DNA from: an uncultured Nitrospiraceae bacterium
Lineage (GTDB): Bacteria; Nitrospirota; Thermodesulfovibrionia; Thermodesulfovibrionales; SM23-35
DNA length: 64,000 bases
Reading direction: 5' to 3'
Assembly (NCBI GenBank): GCA_963727775.1
Contig: CAVSHB010000001.1
Location: 480,001-544,000, forward strand
In this document: piece by piece, positions 20,237 through 30,824 of the stretch
Numbering within the stretch: position 1 is the stretch's first letter
Layout of the letters: each line of letters opens with the position of its first letter
The notes under the pieces: model-generated
What the model saw: the letters and a program-made list of their open reading frames with translations, nothing else
Told to the model about the DNA's origin: nothing
Databases searched by the model: none
Translations under genes and position numbers: made by a program

Positions 20237-21169
20237 ATGACGGAACTTATCCCTGTTGCAGCATGCCTTCTCATAGCCTTTGGCATAGGTTCCAATGATA
20301 CCTCGAACGCCCTTGGAATATGCATAGGATGCGGAGTAATAAAAATACGAAGGGCGTTGCTTCTGTTCGGTTGCTTTGTCCTTATCGGAATACTGGTGCA
20401 GGGGCAAAGGGTCATGAAGACGGTTGGAAAGGACCTCATTGAGATAAATCTTTCCAGCATAGGCATATCTCTGTCGGTGGCTGCCGTTTTGATTATTATA
20501 TCCAACTGGAAGAAATTGCCTTTGTCAACGATTCAGGTAATAATCGGCAGCTTGATCGGTTCCGGGGTTGCCTCCGGAGCAGACGTGAATTATATAGCCC
20601 TTCTGAAGATCATAGTTTCGTGGATCATCTCTCCACTTGTTGCTTTTTTCTCAGCCATGTTCCTTTACAAAGCAATGGAAAAGACCATTTCAAAACTGTC
20701 GCTGTTCCGCATCGAAAGAATTTTAAGGTCCCTATTGATCCTCAGTGGTATTTTAATAGCCTATAATACCGGTGCGAATGAACTTGCTACCATTTTAGGC
20801 CCGGTGATTCATTCAGGATTGATGGAGCAAATGCGGGCATCTCTCATAGGATCTCTTTGCGTATTTCTCGGGGCGGTTATTTTGAGCCACCGTGTCATAG
20901 AGACGATAGGCAAGGGAATAACTACCTTGGACCCCTATTCGGGTTTTGCAGCCCAGTTCGGGGCAGGCATGTGCGTGATGTTTTTTACCATTCTCGGAAT
21001 GCCGATTTCAACTACCTATTGCATAATCGGCGCAATAAGCGGTGTGGGGATGTCAAAAGGGATGGAAACGGTCAAGCTTGATCTGATCAAAAAAATAATG
21101 GCCAATTGGGTTGTAGCTCCATCTTTAGCATTCCTTATCAGCTTTCTTATTATGAAAGCAGTATCCTGA
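20237..21169 (+). CDS. Inorganic phosphate transporter (PiT family)
   Basis: GSNDTSNA / GANELA signature motifs; PLSTIQ and PISTTY. Confidence 0.9.
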   Translation: MTELIPVAACLLIAFGIGSNDTSNALGICIGCGVIKIRRALLLFGCFVLIGILVQGQRVMKTVGKDLIEINLSSIGISLSVAAVLIIISNWKKLPLSTIQVIIGSLIGSGVASGADVNYIALLKIIVSWIISPLVAFFSAMFLYKAMEKTISKLSLFRIERILRSLLILSGILIAYNTGANELATILGPVIHSGLMEQMRASLIGSLCVFLGAVILSHRVIETIGKGITTLDPYSGFAAQFGAGMCVMFFTILGMPISTTYCIIGAISGVGMSKGMETVKLDLIKKIMANWVVAPSLAFLISFLIMKAVS

Positions 21170-21181
21170 CATTCCGTAAGT

Positions 21182-21922
21182 CTATTTCACTTCCGGTGAT
21201 GCATTCGGATCGAAAGGATTGGTTCTCACAGCAAGGGAGAAGAGATATGGATAATCAACCCTCAGATGTTTCATATACGATAACCACTCAAAAATCAGAA
21301 GCACATAGGCTCTTTTGATATCACCGGAGAGATGTTTATAGTCTGTATCAGGCAATTCTATGGTATTTGCCCTGCAGCTCAATTCTTCGGTCAGATGAAA
21401 TACAGCCCAGAGAAGATCTGTAAAGGTTTCGTGTTCGAGCAGATTCGGATTTTCCAGAAGTCCGAGAAGAAAATTCCTCTTGCCGGTTAGAAAACTTTTC
21501 AAAACCTCTAAATCACATGTTTTGCTGTCAAGCTTGTAACTAAAATCTTTAAGGCGATATTTTATGAGAGCAAAATTATGCTCTGACCACCTATCAGAGA
21601 TAATAAGATTCTCTCTGATTGTTTCATAATGAAGATCGAAATCAGAGAAGAGCTTTAACAGATTTGTTCCAACCTCATTGAAAAATGCACCGATAACCAT
21701 ATCCATTTTTTTCAGCATTGCACGTCTTTCTCTCATCCTCAGAACCTGGTCTAAAATGAGGGTTAATATCAGGACCGAGATAGGGACAAAGGCAAGGTCC
21801 TGAAAAATATAAAAGAACGTATTTTGGGGAGTTTTAAAGATTTGAATCTGGATGAAATAAATAAGAGCTGATAACGTAATCAGCGATGCTCCGAAAAGAA
21901 TCTGCCATTTCAAGTGTTTCAT
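21182..21922 (-). CDS. Conserved hypothetical membrane protein
   Basis: Two N-terminal TM helices and a long ORF; family not named. Confidence 0.7.
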   Translation of the reverse strand: MKHLKWQILFGASLITLSALIYFIQIQIFKTPQNTFFYIFQDLAFVPISVLILTLILDQVLRMRERRAMLKKMDMVIGAFFNEVGTNLLKLFSDFDLHYETIRENLIISDRWSEHNFALIKYRLKDFSYKLDSKTCDLEVLKSFLTGKRNFLLGLLENPNLLEHETFTDLLWAVFHLTEELSCRANTIELPDTDYKHLSGDIKRAYVLLIFEWLSYMKHLRVDYPYLFSLAVRTNPFDPNASPEVK

Positions 21923-21987
21923 GTAATAATGTTTTACCTAAGAGTATTTCAATGTCATTCTGGCTTGCTCCAGAATCTTTCCTCTCA

Positions 21988-23737
21988 GCGGGTTCAATTT
22001 TGCAAATTGAACCTTAATATCTGTGCGGAAACAAGTTTATAACTTGCTGCCTATTTATAAACCTAATAATTCTGTATTTATCTCTTTTTTCACAATCACC
22101 GGCTTTACGGTTTTCTTTACTATCTCTGTTGTATTGATAACCTTGAGTTTTGAAAACAAGAGTGCGAACTTATCCGCGAGTTCCTTCATAATAGGCTCTT
22201 TTATGTTTGAGGGCAAATCCCACCACTTTTGCTTCAATGGTCCGAATCCCTTTTTCCTTGTGCTGTAAATAAACTGCTCTTCTGTCTGCCCTTCTTTCCA
22301 TTCCTTTGCATATTCCTGCTTTATAAATCCATAAACCTCTTTACGGAATTCCGAAGGCAATGCCTTATTGTCATACATGATATTCTGAAATCCTGTAGCG
22401 AGATGGACTTCGGATGTGCCTGTCTCCGGGAACATATGAAAAGCATCTTCCGGAAGTGTTGATGCGCCATGTTGCACTGCTCCTGAAAGGCCATATTCTT
22501 TTCTGGCAAGATCTGACAAAGTTCTTAAGGTATCGAAATCTATTTTAACCTGTGCAAGTGATCCGTCAGGCAATACCACTCCGCCATGGCTGGTTCCTGT
22601 CTGCACACTAAGTTTGCTGACTCCCTTGCCGGCTTTAAAAGTTTCCCTGAACCCGTCAAGATAAGCTCTGAGTTCATCTGGCGTGCTGTTTTTCTTGCCT
22701 ATTTCGCCGATTTCTCCACCTATGGATATATCTATACCTGCAGGCTGGATTTCTCTTATATATGTGGCGAGATCAGATGTCCTTTCGAAGTTTGGACGTT
22801 GCTGTTCCTTTATCGTTTCTTTTTCGATATCGACAATCGTGGAGGTATCAATATCGATGTTGTAGAATTCTGCCTCTATCGCTTCTTTGATAAGACCTTT
22901 TACATAATCAGTTTCTGGTTTAGCGTCCACGAGGTAATTTTTTCTAACAAGCTGGAAATGGTCTCCTTGAATAAATACCGGACCCTGATATCCTTCTTTT
23001 ACAGCTGCAGCAAGGACAACTGCAGAGTATTCGAGGGGTCTTTGCTTTGTATAGCCGATCTCCGACCGTGCTATCTCAAATATAAAAGGACCTACATGCA
23101 ATTCCAGGGCCTTTCTGAAAATAACTTTTGCAGTGTCATAAGTGAGGCCTCTTATATTCATTGCTGGAACAGTAAAGCCGGGATATGACTTCCCCATTTC
23201 TTCATAAAGCGTTTGGATTGATGTCGGAACTGCGCCTGCTGCCTTTGCAATCTCTTTGATGAGTATCAGTAGAGCATTCTTTTTGTCACCCTCTGCAAAT
23301 ACAGCCTCATAGACCAGACTGTCCATCATGTTCCTGAGTCCATTCAAATCTTTTATTGATACTCCATCCTTACTGACAGTAATAACATTTTTTAATTCCA
23401 TGATGTCTATAACCTCCCTTTTGAAATTATTTATTTCTGGATTGCTTCATTGATATGTCTACTAATTTTAGCAGCATTATTCATCAACTTCTATTGTTTT
23501 TTGATTTTGGTATCGCTCTGCGGGTTCAAGTTTGTAACTTGAACCTGAATATTTTGCATTTTAATGAGTCAGCGAGAATTTGGAATCTGTTGTGTCGATC
23601 AAATATGTAATTCCAGTTTCTCACAGTAAAGGTAAGATAATAGATGCATGAGGTGAGTTCCTTTGAAATCCTTACCGATGGTATTATGGGCTATATTGTA
23701 GTAAAACAAAGGGTTCAACTTGCAAACTTGAACCCGC
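21988..23737. repeat. Three REP-like palindromes GCGGGTTCAA-N7/8-TTGAACC
   Basis: Copies at 21988-22014, 23520-23547 and 23710-23737 (the last inverted), all intergenic around the aldolase gene. Confidence 0.75.
22055..23401 (-). CDS. Class II fructose-bisphosphate aldolase family protein
   Basis: QGDHFQ, GGEIGEIG, GTSHGG and VQHGASTL. Confidence 0.88.
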   Translation of the reverse strand: MELKNVITVSKDGVSIKDLNGLRNMMDSLVYEAVFAEGDKKNALLILIKEIAKAAGAVPTSIQTLYEEMGKSYPGFTVPAMNIRGLTYDTAKVIFRKALELHVGPFIFEIARSEIGYTKQRPLEYSAVVLAAAVKEGYQGPVFIQGDHFQLVRKNYLVDAKPETDYVKGLIKEAIEAEFYNIDIDTSTIVDIEKETIKEQQRPNFERTSDLATYIREIQPAGIDISIGGEIGEIGKKNSTPDELRAYLDGFRETFKAGKGVSKLSVQTGTSHGGVVLPDGSLAQVKIDFDTLRTLSDLARKEYGLSGAVQHGASTLPEDAFHMFPETGTSEVHLATGFQNIMYDNKALPSEFRKEVYGFIKQEYAKEWKEGQTEEQFIYSTRKKGFGPLKQKWWDLPSNIKEPIMKELADKFALLFSKLKVINTTEIVKKTVKPVIVKKEINTELLGL

Positions 23738-24029
23738 TAAAAGCTTGCCGCCGCCAGCGTCTTTCATCCCCCATGACTCATGATCCGGTCCCAATTCGCT
23801 GAGAGGGATGAATGATTTCGTTTTCAAGAGAGCCAATACCCATTCGTCAGTGGAGAATCCGCACATGGGGAATGTTAATGGGTTGCCGATTCGCGCCTCT
23901 GTAAGAATACCCATCATATTGCGAATCAATTTGTCCTTTTGGGGGAATACAGCGCTCGTAAGGTTTGGATGTTAGATTTTTGCAATGTGTTAGACGGTGC
24001 GATAACTTTAGTCTTTTTTCAATCTTTTT

Positions 24030-24176
24030 ATTAATCTCCATACCCCGCCGTCTCTGCGGCGGGCACCTTACGTCGTCGGGGTGCAGGGCGTCGGAGCGAA
24101 GCGCAGACCCTTGCCGACCCGCGGGGTCTAATACCCCGTGGTGTCGTGCCGAGCAAAGCGAGGTTTAGTTTATTGT
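24030..24176. repeat. 147-bp GC-rich palindromic element, copy 2
   Basis: Identical to 10456-10602. Overlaps the stop codon of the restriction endonuclease gene. Confidence 0.9.
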
Positions 24177-24853
24177 TGAATTTTGTCAATTACTTCAATA
24201 TTGTATATTTTCTTTTTCTTGCCACCGGATTTGACAGAATAAATAAAGAAAACACGTCCGCCAAATTTGTCTTGAAAATTTTTATGATTGACTTCGTGCA
24301 TTTTAGTCCATTGATATTGGTTTAGTGCCTGTCCAGAAGCTATCGGCTTAATTTGAAGGCCGATATATTTTTTGTCAACTTGAATGTAAAAATCAACATT
24401 GAAAGTTCTGTCCCACTTATCGGGAGCCGGCTGAATTTTTACGCTTAAAATAGACTCCAATTGCCCATATATTGTATCAATTTCTGACCTGTATCCCTCG
24501 TAAGTCCTATTCAAAACAAGATTATAAGCATAATCTGCACATTCTTCCTCTTGAATGGAATCCAATTCATTTTGAACTACTTCCGAGAGTTTTATGTGAA
24601 GTCTTTGTCCTAAATCTCTGATATATTCTCTGGTTATTTTGATTCCGTTATGTTTTTTCTGTGTGGCATTATTGAAATAAAAATCTTCCCAGACCTCAAA
24701 GGTATCTGGCGCACATTGCCTTATCAATTCAGATGTTGGTCCAACACTGGCTGCTTTATTTAGGCCCCATCTATTCATTCCATAATTCAACAATGTTTCT
24801 CTTTTGAATTTGAGATTCTTGCCTTCGATGCCTGAAATCCATTCCTTTGTCAT
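24170..24853 (-). CDS. MjaI-family type II restriction endonuclease
   Basis: VGPTSELIR, NRTYEGY and WDRTFNVDFYI...GLQIKP (PD-(D/E/Q)xK-like); directly downstream of the MTase. Confidence 0.8.
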   Translation of the reverse strand: MTKEWISGIEGKNLKFKRETLLNYGMNRWGLNKAASVGPTSELIRQCAPDTFEVWEDFYFNNATQKKHNGIKITREYIRDLGQRLHIKLSEVVQNELDSIQEEECADYAYNLVLNRTYEGYRSEIDTIYGQLESILSVKIQPAPDKWDRTFNVDFYIQVDKKYIGLQIKPIASGQALNQYQWTKMHEVNHKNFQDKFGGRVFFIYSVKSGGKKKKIYNIEVIDKIQQ

Positions 24854-24857
24854 TATC

Positions 24858-27423
24858 TTATCCCGTCAACTCCAAAAATTTAGATTTATACTTGTAATCC
24901 AATGAAGTATCGACATCGGCAAGTCTGTTTTTGATCAGATGAGCGTTAATAAAGGTCTTATTCTTCAGATACAGATAACACAACAGATTCCCTTCTTCAT
25001 CATATTTGACGGAATCATATTTTAAAAACACTTTTTCTCCCTTTAATTTAGCTATGAGAAATCTTAATGCTTCTCCATTTACCTCTTTTTTCTCCTTTAC
25101 TCCAAGCAATTTCAATTTTAGGCCGTTGTTTAAAATTATTAATTCAGGGCTCAAAATCTCTTTGATTGAGTAATAGTCTTCTCTTTTTTGGTTTTCAGAG
25201 TTGTCAATTTTTGAACCGAACTTTAGCTTTTTCAGATCTACTTTCTTATCAAACTTCACATGGTCTTTAAATATGTAAGGCAGTTCTTTAATTTTTTCTT
25301 TAAAGTTAATTTCAGAATGTTTTTGTTTGATTACGTTAAATACGGTTTTCTGAGCAAAGGTATTCTGTTGAAGTCCCAGTTTCTCTTTCATTGCAGATAA
25401 AAAATCTTCATTAATTTCATATCCGACAGAGTTTCGAGTCAACTTATTAGCTGCCAGAGCTGTTGTGCCACTTCCCATGAAGGGGTCAAGCACTGTATCT
25501 CCGACGAAGCTAAACATTTTAATAAATCGTTTCGGCAGTTCTTCAGGGAACATGGCAAGATGCTTATCTTGTCTTTCACCAGCGAAATTCCAATGACCAG
25601 AAAAATATTGATTCCATTCTTCCTGTGTGAGTTTTGATTGTTCTTTAATTTCTTTATCAACACTTGGAGAAACCCCGTATTTTTTGAAAATCAGTATGAA
25701 TTCATAATCGAGTTTGAGAATTCCATTTCTTGGATACGGAAAAGACCCCATTATTGTTGCGCCACCAGTAGTATTGCAAGTAGTGACTTTCTGCCAGATT
25801 ATGGCCCCCATATAATCAAAACCTATCGTTTCACAGAATTTTATTATCTCTGTCCGTATAGGGATAACTTTGTATCTTCCATAATATACAGAACGTGCAA
25901 ACTGGTCTCCTATGTTGATGCACAGACGACAGCCTTTGTGCAAGACTCTATGGCATTCATTCCAGACCAAATTAAGATTGTTGATATATTCTTCATAGGT
26001 GTCATTAAAACCAATCTGATTTCCGTTACCGTGATGTAGGATGGAAAAAGTGGACACCAAAGTCAGATAAAATAAATGAAAGACGGAGGTGTCAGAATGA
26101 AAGGGATTCCGCAGGGACGTTACACGAAGGAGTTTCGTGGGGAGGCAGTGAAGATGGTGTTAGCCGGGGGTATATCGTTGCTGGAGGCAGCTCACCGGCT
26201 GTCATTGCCGCCCTCGACGTTAGGGAACTGGGTCAAGGCGCATAAAGCTGGCAAGCTGGAAGATATAGGCAAGACACAGAAGCCACTGACGGAGCTAGAG
26301 ATGGAACTGGCAAGGGTAAAGAAAGAGCTGGTAGAGACGAGAATGGAGCGTGATCTGCTAAAAAAAGCTGCCGCGTACTTTGCGAAGGAGTCGCTGCCCG
26401 GTACGCGCTAATGAAAGAAATGCGACTTCAATATTCAGTGCCGCTGATGTGCCGGATATATAACGTATCGGCAAGCGGATACTATGCACACGTGACAAGG
26501 CCGCTTTCTAAGCGGGGGCAGGAAGAACGCCCGCTTGGAGGTTGAGATTAAGGCTGCACATAAGAGGACACGGCGGGTATGCGGCGCTGAGAGATTACAG
26601 AAGGATTTGGCAGACAACGGTATTGCAGTGGGTGTTTGCCGGATCAAGCGACTCAGGAAGAAGCTCGGTATACGCTGTAAGCAGACGAAGAAATTCAAAA
26701 CTACAACTGACTCAAAACATACGCTTCCGGTGGCTGAGAACCTACTGGACCAGCAGTTTGAAGTATCCAGGCCGAACATGGCATGGTTGAGCGATATAAC
26801 ATATGTTTGGACCGATGAAGGATGGCTGTACCTTGCCGCGCACAAGGATCTTTTTAACGGTGAGATAGTCGGATACGCAATGGGAGAACGGATAACGAAG
26901 AGCCTTGTAAGTCAGTCTTTATTCCGTGCCGTTGCAGCGAAGCGTCCAGGGAAGGGGCTGATTCATCACTCGGATCGCGGGAGCCAATATTGTGCTCATG
27001 ATTATCGGAAGCTTCTTAATCAGTTCGGCATGACGGCATCAATGAGTAGAAAAGGGAATTGCTACGACAATGCCCCGATGGAGAGTTTCTGGGGCACGCT
27101 GAAGCAGGAGCTTGTCCATCACAGACGCTACAGGAACAGACAAGAGGCAGTGCAGGATATCACGGAATATATCGAGATCTTCTACAACAGGCAGCGCCGA
27201 CAGGCAAGACTTGGATATCTATCCCCAGTTGCTTATGAGTATCAATTCTATGCACGAGAGCTGGCAGCATGAAAGGGTTTGGTGTCCACTATTGACATCC
27301 GAGGTCACCGTAGTCCTTTAGTTGCCAGTACGGAGGAGAGGTAACAACAAGATGAATAGACTCATCGGGGATTTCTTTCATGCATCTTGAATCACCAATA
27401 ATTATTTTGTGGGAGGTTTTCAT
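24858..27423 (-). pseudogene. Beta-class N4-C/N6-A DNA methyltransferase with C-terminal thermonuclease-like domain, interrupted by IS3
   Basis: N-terminus 27423-27308 (MKTSHKIIIGDSR...VTSPPYWQLKDYG) rejoins NGNQIGF at 26028 after removing the IS and the CCG duplication; DPFMGSGTT follows. Confidence 0.9.
26032..27307 (+). mobile_element. IS3-family element copy 1 (orfA 26097-26411; orfB 26411-27272 with an extra A at about 26527)
   Basis: TG...CA ends, IR containing GTGGACACCAAA, 3-bp TSD CCG, and DDE motifs WLSDITY, HSDRGSQY, ESFW. Confidence 0.95.
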
Positions 27424-27568
27424 ATCAGATAAAGTTTACCATATCAAGAACCATCGTTTCGCATCTTGTTCATTAATTTATAGGAATATTTCTCATGATT
27501 ACCACGCAAAGTCTTGAGAAACATCAAACAGTACAGAGCGCTTTGTTACAGGAAGAATTTTCTCAGCG

Positions 27569-27720
27569 TCAAATCCTTTTAATAATCTGTTTGTAAATGT
27601 CTTTTCGGTTAATAATAGCGGATATCCACACTTCGTTTCCCTCAACTTTGCAGGCTACCCTGTAATCGCCGACTCTCAGTTTCCAGTATCTCTTGAGAGT
27701 TTTCCTGAGCGGTACTCTCC
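27569..27720 (-). pseudogene. RelE/ParE-family toxin 3' fragment
   Basis: PLRKTLKRYWKLRVGDYRVACKVEGNEVWISAIINRKDIYKQIIKRI*; no N-terminus. Confidence 0.75.
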
Positions 27721-27801
27721 TGTTTTCTGAAGGTTGTCAGCAAGCATTTTGATGTTTTCATTTATTTGTTCTGCAGGCATTCCCTTACTTATGTTTCAGC
27801 T

Positions 27802-28086
27802 TTACAATCCCCTCATCAAATCAAGCGTGCTGTGAACCTTTACCCCTATGCCCTCAAAATCCTTGTCATTGCTCCAGATGGGGCAGTTGAGTTTCATAGA
27901 TAAAGCAAGGAGATGAAAATCATGAGGGTCTCTTTTCCCTATCATTAATTCAGCCTGCCGGATTTTACTTTTGTAAAAGTCAACATCACATAAAGACAGA
28001 GGGAGCATTGATAATGCTAAATAAAGATCCTCTTATTGCGGATAGAATAGGATTAGCGTCTACGGCGAGTTTTTCTATGCTTTTCA
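27802..28086 (-). pseudogene. PIN-domain toxin with internal deletion/frameshift
   Basis: N-terminal LAVDANPILSAI is out of frame with the C-terminal RDPHDFHLLAL...IWSNDKDF. Confidence 0.75.
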
Positions 28087-28316
28087 AAATCTTCAAGTAT
28101 TTCTTCCTCTTTTACCCCTTGCAGTTTGAGTTTTTTCGTGATTGATTCGGTCAGACTGATAAAAATATCCTTTTTGAATTCAAAAGGGATTGAATCTAAC
28201 GGAGTCGGGAAAAAAATACCGGCGACCTCACCGCGTCGCATAATGATAAGAGGCTCTTTGCTTTTTAGCGCTTTTGTTGCGCTGTCTCTGAATTCTTTAA
28301 CTGGCAGCAATTTCAT
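28053..28316 (-). CDS. Putative Phd/YefM-like antitoxin
   Basis: MKLLPVKEFRD...PLIIMRRGEVAG; overlaps the PIN gene start. Confidence 0.65.
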   Translation of the reverse strand: MKLLPVKEFRDSATKALKSKEPLIIMRRGEVAGIFFPTPLDSIPFEFKKDIFISLTESITKKLKLQGVKEEEILEDFEKHRKTRRRR

Positions 28317-28365
28317 ACTGTGACCACCTTCATGACCATATTATATCATAGAATTAACCAGCAGC

Positions 28366-29489
28366 TAAACATAACGACATAATAGTTGCCGCATAAATAT
28401 GCTATCATATAGCCATATCCCTTATAAGGAGGTGGCAATGCGGAAACTGATAATTGGAGATGCTGAGTTGATGCAAATTGCAATTCGCCAGGAAATAGAT
28501 CGAACAGATGAGTCGCGTTATGATCATCGTCTTCACGGAGTGCTTCTGGTTGCAAGTAATCACACATGCACCGAAGTAGCGAGATTGTTCGGTGAGGATC
28601 GCCGGACGATCCAGCGGTGGGTCAAAAAGTTCGAAACGGGTGGCTTTGATGGTCTTCGAGAGGGAGATCATCCTGGCCGACCGGACAGGCTTGACGAGAG
28701 GCAGTGGGAGTCTGTAGCTGCTGACCTGCGAAAAAATCCTCGCGATTTTAGACATGGGCAAAACCTTTGGGATGGCAAAATGCTGAGTGAACATTTGAAA
28801 CAGCGCTATCATGTTAAGCTTGGTGTGCGACAATGCCAACGTATGTTCAGCAAACTTGGGTTTCGACTGCGTAAGCCAAGACCTCAGGTAGCCCAAGCCG
28901 ATCCCGTTAAGATCGATGTTTTTAAAAAAACTGCGGCGCCTGGCAAGAAAAAAGGACATTGAGATATGGAGTCTGGACGAATGCCATTTCCAGCAGCACG
29001 GCACACGAAGCCGAATGTGGGTACCACCCGAAACAAAAGACCCGATATTGTACCATGCGCCTACTCGCAAATCGGTAGCGTGCTTCGGTGCGGTCAACAT
29101 GAACACTGGCAAGTTCGTTCGAACCATTTGCGACAAGTTCAACGCAGAAACATTCGAGCTTTTTCTGAAACAATTATTGCGACACCGAACACGCGGCAAA
29201 CGGATGGTGATCATCCTGGACAATGCCCGATACCACCATGCGGTGCTGCTTGTTCCATTATTGGAAAAATATCGCAGCATTCTGAGATTGGTGTTTCTGC
29301 CGCCATACAGCCCGCAACTTGCTCCAATCGAGAGAGTATGGAAGCTTGCCAGGCGCATTGCAACACACAACCAATACTTTGTAACGTTGAGCATGTTGAT
29401 AGAGGTCGTCGGATCATGTTTCGACCAATGGAAAAAACCAAACCGGATTCTGACAAGATTATGCGGCATAACTTAAGTCGCTATGTTTA
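28366..29489 (+). mobile_element. IS630-family element (ORFs 28438-28962 and 28916-29476, probable -1 frameshift)
   Basis: IRs TAAACATAACGAC.../GTCGCTATGTTTA with TA ends, slippery TTTTTAAAAAAA at about 28919-28930, and DE / DNARYH / LPPYSPQLAPIERVW. Confidence 0.93.
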
Positions 29490-29518
29490 ACGAGGTAATT
29501 TGCTTCGAGAGACCTATG

Positions 29519-29621
29519 GTAACCATTCAGTTACAGGTCGTAGCCGCAACCCTTAGGTTGCGCCATGAGCGCAGGCTAAAGCCTGCGGCTACCAAAATTC
29601 CTCCCGTCACTGAATGGTTAC
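29519..29621. repeat. REP doublet within a MITE-like inverted repeat
   Basis: Outer IR GTAACCATTCAGT/ACTGAATGGTTAC; inner GTAGCCGCAACCCTTAGGTTGCG and CGCAGGCTAAAGCCTGCGGCTAC. Confidence 0.75.
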
Positions 29622-29637
29622 TTTCTATGTAAAATTA

Positions 29638-30027
29638 TTATTCTCTGCAATAACGCAGTGAGGCCAAGGGGGAAGGCAGTCTCTGAGGTTTCCCTTCTTT
29701 ATTGATACAGGCAATCTTAACAGCAGCGTCAACCAGCAGAGCGGTGTCTTTGAAAATCTGATGTCTGAAGGTAATGGTTACATTAGTCATTTCTGCGATA
29801 TCAGTGGTTATATCTATGATTTCTCCAAGCCTCGCCGGTCTTCTGTAGTATATATCGACATGGACAACCGCAAACAAATAACCTCTATTATGATATTCTG
29901 CGACGTCTATACCCTTCTCTGAAAAGAGTTCGGTCCTCGCGCGCTCCAGATATCGCAGGTAGTTGGCATAGTAAACAACGCCTCCTGCGTCGGTGTCTTC
30001 ATAGTAAATCTTGATCTTGATTCCCAT
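29638..30027 (-). CDS. ybgC: YbgC/FadM-family acyl-CoA thioesterase
   Basis: IYYEDTDAGGVVYYANYLRYLERARTE. Confidence 0.9.
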   Translation of the reverse strand: MGIKIKIYYEDTDAGGVVYYANYLRYLERARTELFSEKGIDVAEYHNRGYLFAVVHVDIYYRRPARLGEIIDITTDIAEMTNVTITFRHQIFKDTALLVDAAVKIACINKEGKPQRLPSPLASLRYCRE

Positions 30028-30050
30028 TTGAATCCCCGGTCCTTTTGACC

Positions 30051-30674
30051 CTATTTCGATTTAAGAATTATATACGTAGCTCCCAATCCGCCGTCACAGC
30101 TTTTTGCTGTAGAATAAGCAAGAATGTATTTCCTTAAAGATCCCTGGAGCCATTTTTGTAAGGCCTCCTTAAGCACAGCGCCCTTGGGTGATCTGAGCCC
30201 CCTCCCATGTATCACCTTAATGCAGAAAAGCCGTTTTTTTAAAGCCCTTGCAAAAAAAGAACAGAAAACTTCTTCTGCTTCAATAAGATTCAGGCCATGA
30301 AGGTCGATAGAGTCCTGCACAGAAAAATAACCCTGATGCAACTTCCGGGCAATGTCTTTTCTCATGCCGGGATGTATCCATTCTATATATTCACCCGTAT
30401 CAGAGAGCGTTATTTTTATTTCACCTTTAATAATCCGGCGTAATGCCTCGATGGAATCATCCTTTTGCGGCGGAACGAGTTTGAACTTCGGCGGCTTTTT
30501 GAGCGGGATTTGTCTGAACTCTTTGATCTCTCTGACATCAGCCATAGCATCATGGAATATATCATCATCTGTCCTGGTCTCTAAAAAGATTTTTTTACTG
30601 AGTAGGCGGTTGTTGTTTTCGAGGGCCTTTTTCAGGCCTTTAAACGGGGCAAATGACCATTCTGTTGTCTTCAT
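30051..30674 (-). CDS. Smr/MutS2 C-terminal domain protein
   Basis: IDLHGL, VIHGRGLRS and DGGLGATY. Confidence 0.9.
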   Translation of the reverse strand: MKTTEWSFAPFKGLKKALENNNRLLSKKIFLETRTDDDIFHDAMADVREIKEFRQIPLKKPPKFKLVPPQKDDSIEALRRIIKGEIKITLSDTGEYIEWIHPGMRKDIARKLHQGYFSVQDSIDLHGLNLIEAEEVFCSFFARALKKRLFCIKVIHGRGLRSPKGAVLKEALQKWLQGSLRKYILAYSTAKSCDGGLGATYIILKSK

Positions 30675-30824
30675 TCTAACCCTCCGTCTTACTCAAACTT
30701 TAATCTCTATTATACTATTTTGTCATGACATAGGGTCCAGAATGCAGCGGCGGGCCGGTGAACCGGTCCGCCGCATTTCCTCTGTATTTCAGAGCATGGG
30801 GTACCCTGAAAGTTTTGTGCAGAG

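Noticed and set aside
23684..24168. Short ORFs downstream of the REase
   Set aside because: They overlap repeats and have no supportable function.
28405..29469. 354-aa minus-strand ORF
   Set aside because: Antisense shadow of the IS630 transposase, with no recognisable motifs.
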